Origin: Fidelibacterota bacterium
GTDB lineage: Bacteria > Fidelibacterota > JAANXI01
NCBI GenBank assembly: GCA_021734025.1
Contig: JAIPJS010000007.1
Coordinates: forward strand, 103,785 to 167,784
Length of the DNA stretch: 64,000 nt
Direction: 5' to 3'
Part shown: piece after piece, positions 46,772 to 56,510 of the stretch
Numbering within the stretch: position 1 is the stretch's first letter
Layout: each line of letters starts with the position of its first letter
Position numbers and translations under genes: made by a program
The notes under the pieces: generated by a model
What the model saw: the letters and a program-made list of their open reading frames with translations, nothing else
Database searches by the model: none
Told to the model about the DNA's origin: nothing

Positions 46772-47854
46772 ATGAACACCCCACTCGTCTCCATAATCAT
46801 TCCGCACTGGAATCACCGGAACGTGCTGGCGGACTGTTTGACATCGTTGGCTCGGTGCGATTACCCATCTCTGGAAATTATTGTGGTAGATAACAACTCC
46901 ACTGATGACAGCGTGGAATACACGGAGAAATATTTCCCGGATGTCGTCATCTTGAAAAACCAGGAAAACCGGGGTTTTGCCGGCGGTTGCAACGATGGCG
47001 CCGCCGCGGCCAACGGCGAATACCTATTGATCCTGAACAACGATACGACACAGGAACCGGACTGGATATCCAAACTGGTCAGATTTATGGAAGCAAATCC
47101 ATCAGTCGGTGTCGTCCAGCCAAAGCTGCTGAATGCCAACGATCCCGACCTGTTTGACTACAGCGGTGCAGCTGGCGGATTCATGGATCGGTACGCTTTT
47201 CCGTTCGCCAGGGGCAGGATTATCGACCAGGTAGAGCGGGATACGGGACAGTATGATGGTGCCATTCAAACGTTCTGGGCCAGCGGAACCGCTTGCCTTC
47301 TGAGAAGATCAGTATATGAGCAGGTGGAACTGTTCGATGAAACCTTTTTCGCACACATGGAAGAGATAGATATGAACTGGCGAGCTCAGCTCGCCGGGTG
47401 GGATGTTGCGGTTGTCCCGGGTGCGGTAGTCTATCATCACAGCGGATATACGCTGCCGCCGGAATCACCGTTTAAAAAATACCTGAATCACCGGAACAGC
47501 GTCTACATGTTGTTTTCCAATTACCAATGGCCCCGGATGTGGATTCGTGGCCTCCAGCGACTCCTCCTGGATGGAATGGCTTTTTTCTATTCACTGGTAA
47601 CCGGTGAATTTGACCGGACTCTGGCTGTCATGAAGGCATGGATATGGATCGTCGCCCACCTGCATCTGATAGTTCGAAAGCGCCGCACAGTTGCAAAGAT
47701 TCGCAATCATTCGGATGCGGAGATTGATTATCGGTTATATCAGGGAAGTATTGCGCTGGAATCGCAACTTTTCGGAAAAAAGACATGGGCAAGGAGCCGG
47801 CACGCTATTGGTAGTCTTGAGAAAGAAAAATTAGAAATTGATGAAAATAATTAA
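46772..47854 (+). CDS. Family 2 glycosyltransferase
   Basis: VSIIIPHWN, VVDNNSTD and NRGFAGGCN motifs plus a DxD-like region. Confidence 0.85.
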   Translation: MNTPLVSIIIPHWNHRNVLADCLTSLARCDYPSLEIIVVDNNSTDDSVEYTEKYFPDVVILKNQENRGFAGGCNDGAAAANGEYLLILNNDTTQEPDWISKLVRFMEANPSVGVVQPKLLNANDPDLFDYSGAAGGFMDRYAFPFARGRIIDQVERDTGQYDGAIQTFWASGTACLLRRSVYEQVELFDETFFAHMEEIDMNWRAQLAGWDVAVVPGAVVYHHSGYTLPPESPFKKYLNHRNSVYMLFSNYQWPRMWIRGLQRLLLDGMAFFYSLVTGEFDRTLAVMKAWIWIVAHLHLIVRKRRTVAKIRNHSDAEIDYRLYQGSIALESQLFGKKTWARSRHAIGSLEKEKLEIDENN

Positions 47855-47859
47855 GCGTT

Positions 47860-48687
47860 TTACTGCAGGTAGGAGTTATACGTCTCTTTATTTTTAGGGT
47901 TGAGTTCAGCGAGAGTCCGGAGTGCTTCAGCGTCCTCAAGTTTCGCAGCCAGCCACGCAAAATTTTCCGCCTGACCATTCAGAAACATTTTAGTGTATTT
48001 ATCCTGTAAATTTTTTCCGAGGATTTCCTGAACCAGCCGTATTGCATCATTGAAACCTATCTTGGCATCTTTGATTTTGGATTCCTGGTAATCCCAGTAC
48101 GCGTCAAAAAATGTATATTTCAGCATCCGTAAATCGCGGTGATTCTTGAGATCATCCAGCCGCGTGATCCGATCCCGCCAGCCTTTATTGTAGCCGGAGG
48201 TCCGCGCCTGGTTGGCAATTTCGCTGGCAGCATTATAGTACTGAGTTCCCGCGAGTTTGCCGTAGGTGTCGACCTCCCCGGCTAGAACTAAATAAGCATA
48301 GAAATCAACTACGCTGGTCAGGGGGGAGTAAACTTCATGTTGAAGTACCTGGCCGGTGTTGTACGGAAATTCCCAGCCCTTGTCGAAATACCGCTGATCG
48401 CCGCCGTTGGTGATCATAAGCTGGGCTGTAAATGTGACATCCGAGCCGGATTCTGAGGCCTGTTGGATGTAAATCTGCAGAATAAACGGCACCACAGTGC
48501 CATACGTATCTTCGGTATAATCGTACGAAGTGATGTACTCTTCCAGGTCGGTCTCCAGGTTTTGCAGAATGGATTGCTGAGTTGGTTCCAATCGCTCCGC
48601 ATTGATGCTGATATCAGGATCGAGTACCTGCCCCGAGCCGAAGATTGGGAGCAGGAGCACAGTAAAAAGCACAATAAGTTGTTTCAT
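47860..48687 (-). CDS. DUF4835 family protein (PorD-like)
   Basis: Signal peptide MKQLIVLFTVLLLPIFG. FYAYLVLAGEVDTYG segment typical of DUF4835. Start trimmed to Met at 48687. Confidence 0.6.
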   Translation of the reverse strand: MKQLIVLFTVLLLPIFGSGQVLDPDISINAERLEPTQQSILQNLETDLEEYITSYDYTEDTYGTVVPFILQIYIQQASESGSDVTFTAQLMITNGGDQRYFDKGWEFPYNTGQVLQHEVYSPLTSVVDFYAYLVLAGEVDTYGKLAGTQYYNAASEIANQARTSGYNKGWRDRITRLDDLKNHRDLRMLKYTFFDAYWDYQESKIKDAKIGFNDAIRLVQEILGKNLQDKYTKMFLNGQAENFAWLAAKLEDAEALRTLAELNPKNKETYNSYLQ

Positions 48688-48870
48688 GGAGTCCATAGTC
48701 TGTAAATACATACAAACAAATTTGGTCTCCGAGGGGGTGAAAGTCAAGAAAATCCTCAGGCGACGGGAGGGCCTGCCCTGAGAAAACCCGGGAAAGTCCG
48801 GTTGTACTCAAAACACTCACATCGTATCTTATCAGGCTTGAATTGATTGCAAAAAAAATTTAAAGGATAT

Positions 48871-50295
48871 ATGGCAAGAGCACAAAACCTTGCGGATGCG
48901 CTGGCCGAACATCGGGTCATCAATTATCTGCTGAAAAAGATCGGAAGTCTGGCGGATCAGGAATCGCTGGAATGTTACGCCGTCGGCGGCTGTGTTCGGG
49001 ATCTGCTGATGCACCGGACCACCACCGATATCGATGTGATGGTGGTCGGCGACGGCGTGGCTTTCGCCCGGGTTATCGCGGATGCGCTTGGAACTGAGAA
49101 GGTGATCCCGTATGAAAAATTCGGAACGGCGTTGATTCCGTACCGGGATTACCAGATTGAGGTCGCTACCGCACGGTCGGAGTCGTACGAACAGGACAGC
49201 CGGAAGCCGACCATCGAAGAGGCGGACGTGGAGACCGACTCCGCGCGCCGGGATTTTACTATCAACGCCATGGCCATCTCGCTGAACGAAGAGCGCTACG
49301 GCGATCTCTGGGACCCGTTCAGCGGACTCCAGGATATGCGAAAGCAGGTGTTGCGGACGCCGCTGGAGCCGCGAGAGACCTTCAGCGAGGATCCCTTGAG
49401 GATGCTCCGGGGAGTCCGGTTCGCAGCGCAGCTGGATTTTTCCATAGAAAATGAGGCACTGGAGGCTATCAAAGCTGAGCGGGAGCGCATCGACATCGTC
49501 TCCCAGGAGCGGATCACCAACGAACTCCTGAAAATTATTGACGCGCCGAAGCCGTCCATCGGACTCTACCTGCTGCTGGAAACGGGCTTACTTGATATCA
49601 TCCTGCCGGAGTTCTCCGAAATGGAAGGCATCGAAGAGCGGGACGGATACCACCATAAGGATGTACTGCGTCACACCTTCGAAGTCGTGGACAACATTGC
49701 CGAAATGACGGAAAAAACCGAACTCCGGTTCGCGGCATTGGTACACGACATTGCCAAGCCCCAAACCAAGCGATTCCGCAAGGGGGTGGGCTGGACGTTC
49801 TATGGCCACGACGAAATCGGTGCCCGAATGCTCGAAGGGTTTGCGAGAAGACTGAAACTCTCCAATTCGATGAAAAAATATCTGCAAAAGATGACGCGAT
49901 TGCACCTCCGACCGATATCGCTCGCGCAGGATGGCGTCACCGATTCGGCGATCCGGAGGTTGCTGGTCGACGTGGGCGAAGATCTGAATGATTTGATTAC
50001 ACTATGCCGCGCGGATATTACTTCCAAAAATCCACGCCGGGTGAAACGCTATATGGCGAACTTTGATCGGGTCGTCAAGCGGATGGCCGAGGTTAAAGAG
50101 AAGGACAAGATGGCGGAATTTCAGTCACCGGTCCGTGGCGATGAAATTATGGAGATCTGCGAGATTGAGCCCGGGCCGATGGTGGGCAAACTGAAGGAAG
50201 CCATTGAAGAGGCCATCCTGGATGGAAAAATTCCGAACGAACATGATGCCGCGAAAAAGTATCTCCTGGAGATTAAGGACGAGTATGTGGAGTAA
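48871..50295 (+). CDS. cca: tRNA nucleotidyltransferase / poly(A) polymerase family protein with HD domain
   Basis: GGCVRD, DIDV, RRDFTINA and HD (HDIAKP) motifs. ATG at 48871. Confidence 0.8.
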   Translation: MARAQNLADALAEHRVINYLLKKIGSLADQESLECYAVGGCVRDLLMHRTTTDIDVMVVGDGVAFARVIADALGTEKVIPYEKFGTALIPYRDYQIEVATARSESYEQDSRKPTIEEADVETDSARRDFTINAMAISLNEERYGDLWDPFSGLQDMRKQVLRTPLEPRETFSEDPLRMLRGVRFAAQLDFSIENEALEAIKAERERIDIVSQERITNELLKIIDAPKPSIGLYLLLETGLLDIILPEFSEMEGIEERDGYHHKDVLRHTFEVVDNIAEMTEKTELRFAALVHDIAKPQTKRFRKGVGWTFYGHDEIGARMLEGFARRLKLSNSMKKYLQKMTRLHLRPISLAQDGVTDSAIRRLLVDVGEDLNDLITLCRADITSKNPRRVKRYMANFDRVVKRMAEVKEKDKMAEFQSPVRGDEIMEICEIEPGPMVGKLKEAIEEAILDGKIPNEHDAAKKYLLEIKDEYVE

Positions 50296-50839
50296 TCCTT
50301 TTCCTGTCGGTGACCGCTGACAGCGCCTTCGACAGGGAAGGTCTCTTATCTTTGTTTACATTTTTTGAATTAAAGTCATCAAAAAGTCTTAGACAAAAAA
50401 CTCTTGACTTTGAGGAATATACTGTATAGTCTAAAAACTCATTTGCACGGTTTATCAATTGTGGAGTTTTTTACAAAGCCAGTGTGTTTTGGCTTCCTGA
50501 AGTTTTATTTGAGTTTTTTACTTGTTTGACAAAGTTCGTTTATACGGCAAAGAGCTGTACTGAAAAAATCTGGACGTAGTTGAATCATTAGCGGATTCCA
50601 TTTCATTACGGGGTCGATTGGCTAGTGTATGATACAGCTCGTCTGATTTGGTACGTTATGGTTATAATTGAAGGCCTGGCTCATATTAGATATTGTAATT
50701 TCGTGGTTGGCAACTTGTCAATGATCCAAAAAGATAGAAAGGAGGGGGATTGGTATGGTGTTCAAAGTAAAAACCGGGAAGCAGTGATGGTGCACCGCTT
50801 CCCGGTACCAGGCAAATCATACACCGCAAGTTGACACCG

Positions 50840-50870
50840 TTGGAGATGATTTACCTGAAATCGTCTCCAA
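50840..50870 (+). promoter_or_regulatory. 13-bp hairpin whose 3' arm (TCTCCAA) is complementary to the downstream SD
   Basis: ttggagatgattt-acctg-aaatcgtctccaa. A second TTGGAGA (the SD) at 50883-50889, 7 nt before the ATG at 50897. Confidence 0.35.
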
Positions 50871-50896
50871 TATAATTAAAAATTGGAGAGTTACCA

Positions 50897-51277
50897 ATGA
50901 AAGCACTGGGGCGTATTGCAGTAACCATAATAACAGTCATTTTTTTCAGTTTGGCCGGATGTACTCAGGAGCCAGTTGCCCCGGAAACCGAACAGACGAT
51001 GAATAATACTCCGAGTGAAACGGAGTATCAAACAGCCTTAGCCAAGGGCAATCAAGCGAAAGCACATGAAATCCGATTAGCGCATTTTGCCAAAGCTTTA
51101 GCGAAAGCACAGAAGCATGATGGAGTTGGAGCTTATTTGAAAGAACGGATTGGTGAGAAATTTGATGGGGATTATGAAGTGCTTTGGAACGACGTAAAAT
51201 CCAAACAGATTCAGGGAGTGGGTCAATTGCGTCGTGTAGTGCAGGGTAAATTGAAAGGGGGCATACCGACCATGTAA
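50897..51277 (+). CDS. Lipoprotein, unknown function (possibly the N-terminal part of a longer ORF)
   Basis: Lipobox FFSLAGC. Ends at a TAA that is in frame with ORF 51281..52189. Confidence 0.6.
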   Translation: MKALGRIAVTIITVIFFSLAGCTQEPVAPETEQTMNNTPSETEYQTALAKGNQAKAHEIRLAHFAKALAKAQKHDGVGAYLKERIGEKFDGDYEVLWNDVKSKQIQGVGQLRRVVQGKLKGGIPTM

Positions 51278-51280
51278 GCA

Positions 51281-52189
51281 GTGGAACAAGTCCCGAAACT
51301 GCAAGTGGCCTATCCGGTGGGCTTCGAACAATGGAATGGTGAAACCCCCATTTGGGTTGCATACACCCCATTGACCATTGATGACACGGAGTGGAAAGAC
51401 ATCATCGCTTTCGATGCTCAGGGAAAAAGACATGTGCTGGATGCCAAAACTCCGCCTGATCAACCGGTGTTGGTAGTCGGAATCAATGAACGCACCGATG
51501 AGAATGGGAATGTTATTGGAAAAGTTACCACAAATATAGGCTTGGGAAAACAAACCATGCCAGGTGGAGGCAGTGGAGGCGGCGGAGGTGGTGGAGGTTC
51601 CGGTTCTGCTTCGAGGTTCATCCGCATCTATGAGTATAAACTCGATCACTATTATGGTGCTTATGAAGCTTGGCCCTTCGGTGATGCGGAAATTAGCTTC
51701 CATATAACAACCGGGCCGGCAACGGACGACGGGATTATTTACACTGAGAATGCAGTGGCATATTGGTATGAGTTTGGTATGGGTACATATCCATATAATT
51801 ACACTCTCGACCAGGTCTGGAGTGTGACAAGCAGTTACGAGATGAATCATAATCATACTAATTGGGAAATATATGAGTGGCATAAAAATACTTCGTGGCA
51901 ATCTCACAATAAGACTCTAGATCCAACAGGTATGATAATCAGCCTTGGTTGGGGGCCGAGTTATGATGTGGACCGGCTTCTTGACGATGGAGTCAGCACA
52001 GTCTATCTGTTCAGCTTTGAACAGGATATGCCCAATGATTTTGTAACAAACAGCTATACTCCACCATACGCTGCGAATAATGTCTATGACTTCATGCCTG
52101 ACTATGCTGTCATAGACTTAACTCAGTCTACCGGCACTGATGATGCAGGTTGGTGGAGAGTGAAGTGGGATATTGTGTCAGTTTGGTAA
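51281..52189 (+). CDS. Hypothetical protein with Gly-rich linker; same frame as the upstream lipoprotein ORF
   Basis: No ATG, no SD, no signal peptide. GTG at 51281 is 1 codon after the TAA. Linker GGGSGGGGGGGGSGS. C-terminal ...VSVW. Confidence 0.5.
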   Translation: MEQVPKLQVAYPVGFEQWNGETPIWVAYTPLTIDDTEWKDIIAFDAQGKRHVLDAKTPPDQPVLVVGINERTDENGNVIGKVTTNIGLGKQTMPGGGSGGGGGGGGSGSASRFIRIYEYKLDHYYGAYEAWPFGDAEISFHITTGPATDDGIIYTENAVAYWYEFGMGTYPYNYTLDQVWSVTSSYEMNHNHTNWEIYEWHKNTSWQSHNKTLDPTGMIISLGWGPSYDVDRLLDDGVSTVYLFSFEQDMPNDFVTNSYTPPYAANNVYDFMPDYAVIDLTQSTGTDDAGWWRVKWDIVSVW

Positions 52190-52293
52190 TAGCCGAAAAC
52201 CTTGGATAATGGGTTACTCAGGGGGCAAAACTCGCCCCCTGAGTAGTTTTCAAAATGTGATCATCCACCGGGTAAAGAACATTGCTGATATAT

Positions 52294-54636
52294 ATGGTAA
52301 ACAGCACAGTTAAAAAATACTTTTTTCTTCCTCTGATACATACATTGATAGTCCCCTTGCTGCTTAATGCTTCCGAAAGGGGCATGATTTCAGGTACTAT
52401 ACATGACGCCGCCACTGGCGAACCGCTTACTTTCGTTAATGTGCTTTGCCTGACTACTGGTACAGGAACGACTACCAACGGCACCGGACATTTTACCCTG
52501 GCACTTCCTGAGGGTCGTCACATCATTCTGGTAAGCCATATCGGATATCACACGGTCCGGGATACGGTCCGGATCAGTGTACACCCCGTCCGCTGGGAGA
52601 TCACTCTGGCCCAACGGACTTTGGAGGGTGATACCGTGGAGGTCCGAGAGTCGGCCCTGTCCCTGAATCCCAACCAGACTGTCCTCCTGCCACGACAGCT
52701 GGAGTACGTGCCGCAGTTCATGGGAGAGGCAGATCTGGTGCGGACCCTGCAGACCCTGCCGGGTGTCACCACATTGAACGAATTTCAGGGTGGCCTGTAC
52801 GTCCGGGGCGGTGTACCGTATCAGAATCTGATTCTCTTGGACGGGGGCCAGCTGTACTATATCACCCACCTGTACGGGATCTACAGCCTGTTTAACATGG
52901 ATGCCATCAAGCAGGCCCGTTTGGTGCGGGGGGGGCTGCCGGCCTCCTACGGCGGCGGTACTGCCGGAATGCTGGAGGTGTTGACCAAGTCCGGCAATCG
53001 TAACAGATATGACGGGGCGGCATCGCTGGGCCTGGTGAGTTCGAAAGTCCACATTGGCGGGCCGGTGGGAACCGGATCGTGGTTTGCGGCCGGCCGGCGG
53101 ACCTATATTGACTGGATTGTCGGTTCGGAGTCCATCCTACCGGAATATTATTTCGGAGATCTAAACGCGCGGGCCACCCAGCATCCGACTCCCCGCGATT
53201 ATGTGACGGCCACCATGTATTTTGGAAATGATCGCCGTAGGGAGTATTACTCTAATAGTTCACAACAACGGGTGGTGGAACAATGGGGGAACCGAATGGG
53301 AGGGGTCAGATGGCGTCATGAATATTCACCACATTTGATTCTAAATAGCCAGTTGACTTCCAGTAGGTTTTACTCCTCGATCGAACATATTAGCTTAAAC
53401 GAGAAAGAGTCGGAACAGAGCGCCCTGCAATACACCACTGGTAATATAGAGTTGCAATTCGAAGGGATAGAGGAGCACAGGTTTACTCTTGGATTGACTC
53501 TTCGGCGTTATGCCTTTCGTTATCTTGCTAAAACTGACATCGATACGAGCAATTGGTTTTATGACCATATTGCACCATTGGCGCAGAAACCCCAAAACGA
53601 GTCTGTGCTTTTGCAATTTTCCAATAGATCCCGTCCGTTTCTGGCTACAGCGTATTTTGAACATAACTGGCGTTTGTTCACTGCCTTGGATCTGCGATAT
53701 GGGGGCCGGGGGACCTATTTTACCCCAACACGATCTCTCCTGATTGCTCCCAGGATTCAATTGCAATACCAAATTTCTCCGACACTGCGATTACATTTGG
53801 CGGGTGGCCGGTATTACCAGTATATCCATCAATCCCAGTTTGGCTGGCGGGATAATGCTGTCCCTGATGAAATGCCGTTATTGTCGAATTTCCGGTTTTT
53901 CCGACCACTATTCCCGGAAGAAACACCGCTCAGAACAACCGATGTGACCATTGGACTCAGCGTCCAGCGCGGGAACGGATACGCCGGAACCATCAATTGG
54001 TATTATAAAATCACCGAAAACCTGTCATATACAAAAGAAGGGCTGAGTTTCACTGGTTTCGGTTTACGTTCTCGTATCGTCGATCTCCTCAGACACCCGT
54101 TCCGCTCATTTTTTGAATCCGGCAGCGGCTTGTCCCACGGGCTTGAGGTACTGCTCCGAAAAACGCAGGGGCGCCTGCAGGGCTGGGCTAGCTACACCTG
54201 GTCCCGTACCACGCACCGGTTTCCCTCGGTGAATAACGGAACGCGGTTTCCTCCACAGTACGATCGGGAGCATCAGATCGGCCTCCAGGGACAGTACGTC
54301 TTTAATCCCCGGTGGCGGGTCAGCTGGGTGTGGCTCTTCGGAACCGGCCAGCCGTATACATCCACCCCAAATCTTTTTTGGGATGATGTCGTAAAAAATG
54401 ACAAACGACTCCCACCATACCACCGGATGGATATCGCCGTAACCCACAGCTGGAAGGCGTTTGGGTGGGAGTGGGAGTTCGGGTTCGGAGCGTTTAACCT
54501 GTACAACCACAGGAATGTGACCGGTATGGCGATTGACCGTCATCGATCGGAGTCCGGGGAAATTCAATACGTTGAAGAACCGGTAAAGGCCTCGCTCCCA
54601 TTGATTCCAAATGTGACGATCAAGGTGAAATTTTGA
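52294..54636 (+). CDS. TonB-dependent-receptor-like outer-membrane protein with CarboxypepD_reg N-domain
   Basis: GTIHDAATGEPLTFVNV (CarboxypepD_reg). Plug motifs LPGV, GGLYVRGG, LLDG. Long barrel ending in ...KVKF. Confidence 0.8.
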   Translation: MVNSTVKKYFFLPLIHTLIVPLLLNASERGMISGTIHDAATGEPLTFVNVLCLTTGTGTTTNGTGHFTLALPEGRHIILVSHIGYHTVRDTVRISVHPVRWEITLAQRTLEGDTVEVRESALSLNPNQTVLLPRQLEYVPQFMGEADLVRTLQTLPGVTTLNEFQGGLYVRGGVPYQNLILLDGGQLYYITHLYGIYSLFNMDAIKQARLVRGGLPASYGGGTAGMLEVLTKSGNRNRYDGAASLGLVSSKVHIGGPVGTGSWFAAGRRTYIDWIVGSESILPEYYFGDLNARATQHPTPRDYVTATMYFGNDRRREYYSNSSQQRVVEQWGNRMGGVRWRHEYSPHLILNSQLTSSRFYSSIEHISLNEKESEQSALQYTTGNIELQFEGIEEHRFTLGLTLRRYAFRYLAKTDIDTSNWFYDHIAPLAQKPQNESVLLQFSNRSRPFLATAYFEHNWRLFTALDLRYGGRGTYFTPTRSLLIAPRIQLQYQISPTLRLHLAGGRYYQYIHQSQFGWRDNAVPDEMPLLSNFRFFRPLFPEETPLRTTDVTIGLSVQRGNGYAGTINWYYKITENLSYTKEGLSFTGFGLRSRIVDLLRHPFRSFFESGSGLSHGLEVLLRKTQGRLQGWASYTWSRTTHRFPSVNNGTRFPPQYDREHQIGLQGQYVFNPRWRVSWVWLFGTGQPYTSTPNLFWDDVVKNDKRLPPYHRMDIAVTHSWKAFGWEWEFGFGAFNLYNHRNVTGMAIDRHRSESGEIQYVEEPVKASLPLIPNVTIKVKF

Positions 54637-55097
54637 CGTATGAACCTTGGAATAACGCCGATCCTGAGTTCCAACTGATTATAGAATACTATGAAACTAA
54701 ACTAAATTGCTATCGGTACGGTGACAATATTTACGGCAATTGGCACATCTATGGATACCATAGAATGACTTGGGAAAATGATGTCCATCAAATTCATCAG
54801 TATCTGTTTGGCTGGACGGAACAGTTGAGCGCGTATATTGGAGTAGAAATCTGGGAAATGGATGATGACTTTTGGTCTGCGGAGCATACCACGAAAATTA
54901 CTGTCCCCATTAAAAGAGATGATATAAAATATGGCGAGTATACAGCAAAATTCACCTATGATGGCAATGACGAAAAGCTGGGAGAAAATGAATTAATTTA
55001 TGTAGGCGGTGCTCCCCGGATTAGCGACCGCAGTTATACGCCTGCTGTTTCTGACATGAATCCTGCAGGTGACGCACGGATTACTTTGTGGTGGTAG
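54633..55097 (+). CDS. Hypothetical protein, possibly related to the C-terminal domain of 51281..52189
   Basis: TTG start in a TTGA overlap with the receptor stop. Shares YE-W---D-E and EI(W/Y)E motifs. Ends ...ITLWW. Confidence 0.4.
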   Translation: MTYEPWNNADPEFQLIIEYYETKLNCYRYGDNIYGNWHIYGYHRMTWENDVHQIHQYLFGWTEQLSAYIGVEIWEMDDDFWSAEHTTKITVPIKRDDIKYGEYTAKFTYDGNDEKLGENELIYVGGAPRISDRSYTPAVSDMNPAGDARITLWW

Positions 55098-55226
55098 CGC
55101 ATTCGGCATTTCTCTGTGGCTGCTTTAAATGTATCCAGCTTCCACGGAGATCTAATCCGGCAAAATTGGCAATGATGGTTAACACATATTTTACATGAAA
55201 TGATAACTAAGAAAAGGGCTATGAAT

Positions 55227-55724
55227 ATGTTATTACTGAGACGTTCTTTTTGGATAATTTTGTACGCCGCGATTATTACGGGTGTTCTACCGTTACAATC
55301 GAATGCACAGAACGTAAAAATAGAAAAGGACCTCGGGAAAATTCACCTCAAAGTAGGATTCATTATTACCGGGCAAGATTTGCAGGTGAAGGGTGATACC
55401 GTTTCATTAAATGTAACTGGGGAGCAAGTCTATACGTTTTTTATAGATGAAATCGAGCAGATATATTTCAGTAATAAACGGAGTTTTAACTCAGTAGGAG
55501 CTGTTACTGGGGGCGTGGTGTCATTTGCGGCGATGGCTGGTTTACTAAGTCCGACTATCAGTCCAGGAACAATTTTGATGACTGTCCCGTCAATATCAGC
55601 CGCCGTGGGAATCCTCACAGGGTATCTCACTCCCCGCTTACTGGAAGATGCGGGCTTCGATGCGGAACACTGGCAACTTTTGTATTCCAGGGATGAACCA
55701 GCGAAGAAGAACAACGATGAATAA
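55227..55724 (+). CDS. Secreted small protein with Gly-zipper-like hydrophobic C-half (module copy 1, gene a)
   Basis: Signal peptide. Paralog of 56511..57008. The last 44 aa differ from the paralog at only one residue (R/K). Confidence 0.6.
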   Translation: MLLLRRSFWIILYAAIITGVLPLQSNAQNVKIEKDLGKIHLKVGFIITGQDLQVKGDTVSLNVTGEQVYTFFIDEIEQIYFSNKRSFNSVGAVTGGVVSFAAMAGLLSPTISPGTILMTVPSISAAVGILTGYLTPRLLEDAGFDAEHWQLLYSRDEPAKKNNDE

Positions 55725-55744
55725 ATCACTAAAATTCCTCTTGG
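55591..55744 (+). repeat. 154-bp segment 98% identical to 56875-57028
   Basis: 3 mismatches in 154 nt, counted by hand. Spans the 3' end of gene a, the ATGA-type overlap and the first 28 nt of gene b. Confidence 0.9.
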
Positions 55745-56493
55745 CTGTTTTTGTTATGGGGCTTGCGCTGAATTTGACCGCCCAGGAATCTCCAGCGAAA
55801 CAGCGCATTTACTCATTAGGCTGGTTAGCGTCACCGGATTTTCACTACTTGCCGTGGTATAGTGATCAACAGGGATCTCATCAGGCTACAGGTGGATCAT
55901 TTATTGTGGCGACAATAACGAAACGGCAGAACTTGGCGGATTCATTCTTCCGAATCTACCCAATTCATAATGAGGTTTCGTGGTTTACGGGACAAATTTT
56001 GCGCCGGGACACAGACAAAACATACTGGGGATTGAACGTTGAGAGTGTGGGATATGAGAATTATAGACAGTCTAAAAATGGGGGATTTGCCCCGCCGATA
56101 ATATCATATTACAAAGTGTTTCTCGGCTCTTATTATTCCGGCTCCCGCCCACAATATAGAAATAGTAACCGTGACGATTATCGTCAGAGTTTTTATGCGG
56201 ACGTGGGAATCGGACTGTACCTGCCAAAAATGAATGGATCTTTAACACGCGGGGATCTGACCGTTGATGTCGGGGTATATCTCTCAGGCTTACCATTCGT
56301 ATTTGCTCCGACTTTTGGATCTATACGATACGGGGCTATGGGGCAGGTATTGACAACCGCACGTTGGAATAATTTTGTGGTGTCGGCAACCTTCTTGACA
56401 CGTTATACCCTCCGTTACGGAACCCTCAAAGAGGATGCGTGGTCCAATTACCAATACCCGGCGACAATAACGGTGGGATTTCTATTCAATTAA
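55717..56493 (+). CDS. Putative small outer-membrane beta-barrel (module copy 1, gene b)
   Basis: Signal MNKSLKFLLAVFVMGLALNLTA. Alternating aromatic/Gly strands. C-terminal TVGFLFN. Confidence 0.55.
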   Translation: MNKSLKFLLAVFVMGLALNLTAQESPAKQRIYSLGWLASPDFHYLPWYSDQQGSHQATGGSFIVATITKRQNLADSFFRIYPIHNEVSWFTGQILRRDTDKTYWGLNVESVGYENYRQSKNGGFAPPIISYYKVFLGSYYSGSRPQYRNSNRDDYRQSFYADVGIGLYLPKMNGSLTRGDLTVDVGVYLSGLPFVFAPTFGSIRYGAMGQVLTTARWNNFVVSATFLTRYTLRYGTLKEDAWSNYQYPATITVGFLFN

Positions 56494-56510
56494 CCGAAAG
56501 GAGTAAATCG

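Noticed and set aside
48780-48800. GGGAAAGTCCGG, resembling the RNase P RNA P4 motif
   Set aside because: The spacer between the two divergent genes is under 200 bp, far too short for RNase P RNA, and no other conserved RNase P elements are present.
50625-50834. 69-aa ORF in the AT-rich leader upstream of the envelope cluster
   Set aside because: It has a GTG start and no SD. Its composition is unlike neighbouring genes, and its 3' part overlaps a hairpin (ccgggaagc...gcttcccgg). More likely untranslated leader.
50831-50876. TTGACA ... TATAAT read as a sigma70 promoter directly upstream of the lipoprotein gene
   Set aside because: The spacing between the two hexamers is 34 nt, far from the 16-18 nt optimum. 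The intervening sequence is the hairpin described in the findings.
51565-51610. GGN-rich stretch encoding GGGSGGGGGGGGSGS, considered as a phase-variable simple repeat
   Set aside because: The codons are mixed (ggt/gga/ggc/agt/tcc) and there is no homopolymer or perfect microsatellite, so slippage-based switching is unlikely. It is treated as a flexible linker.
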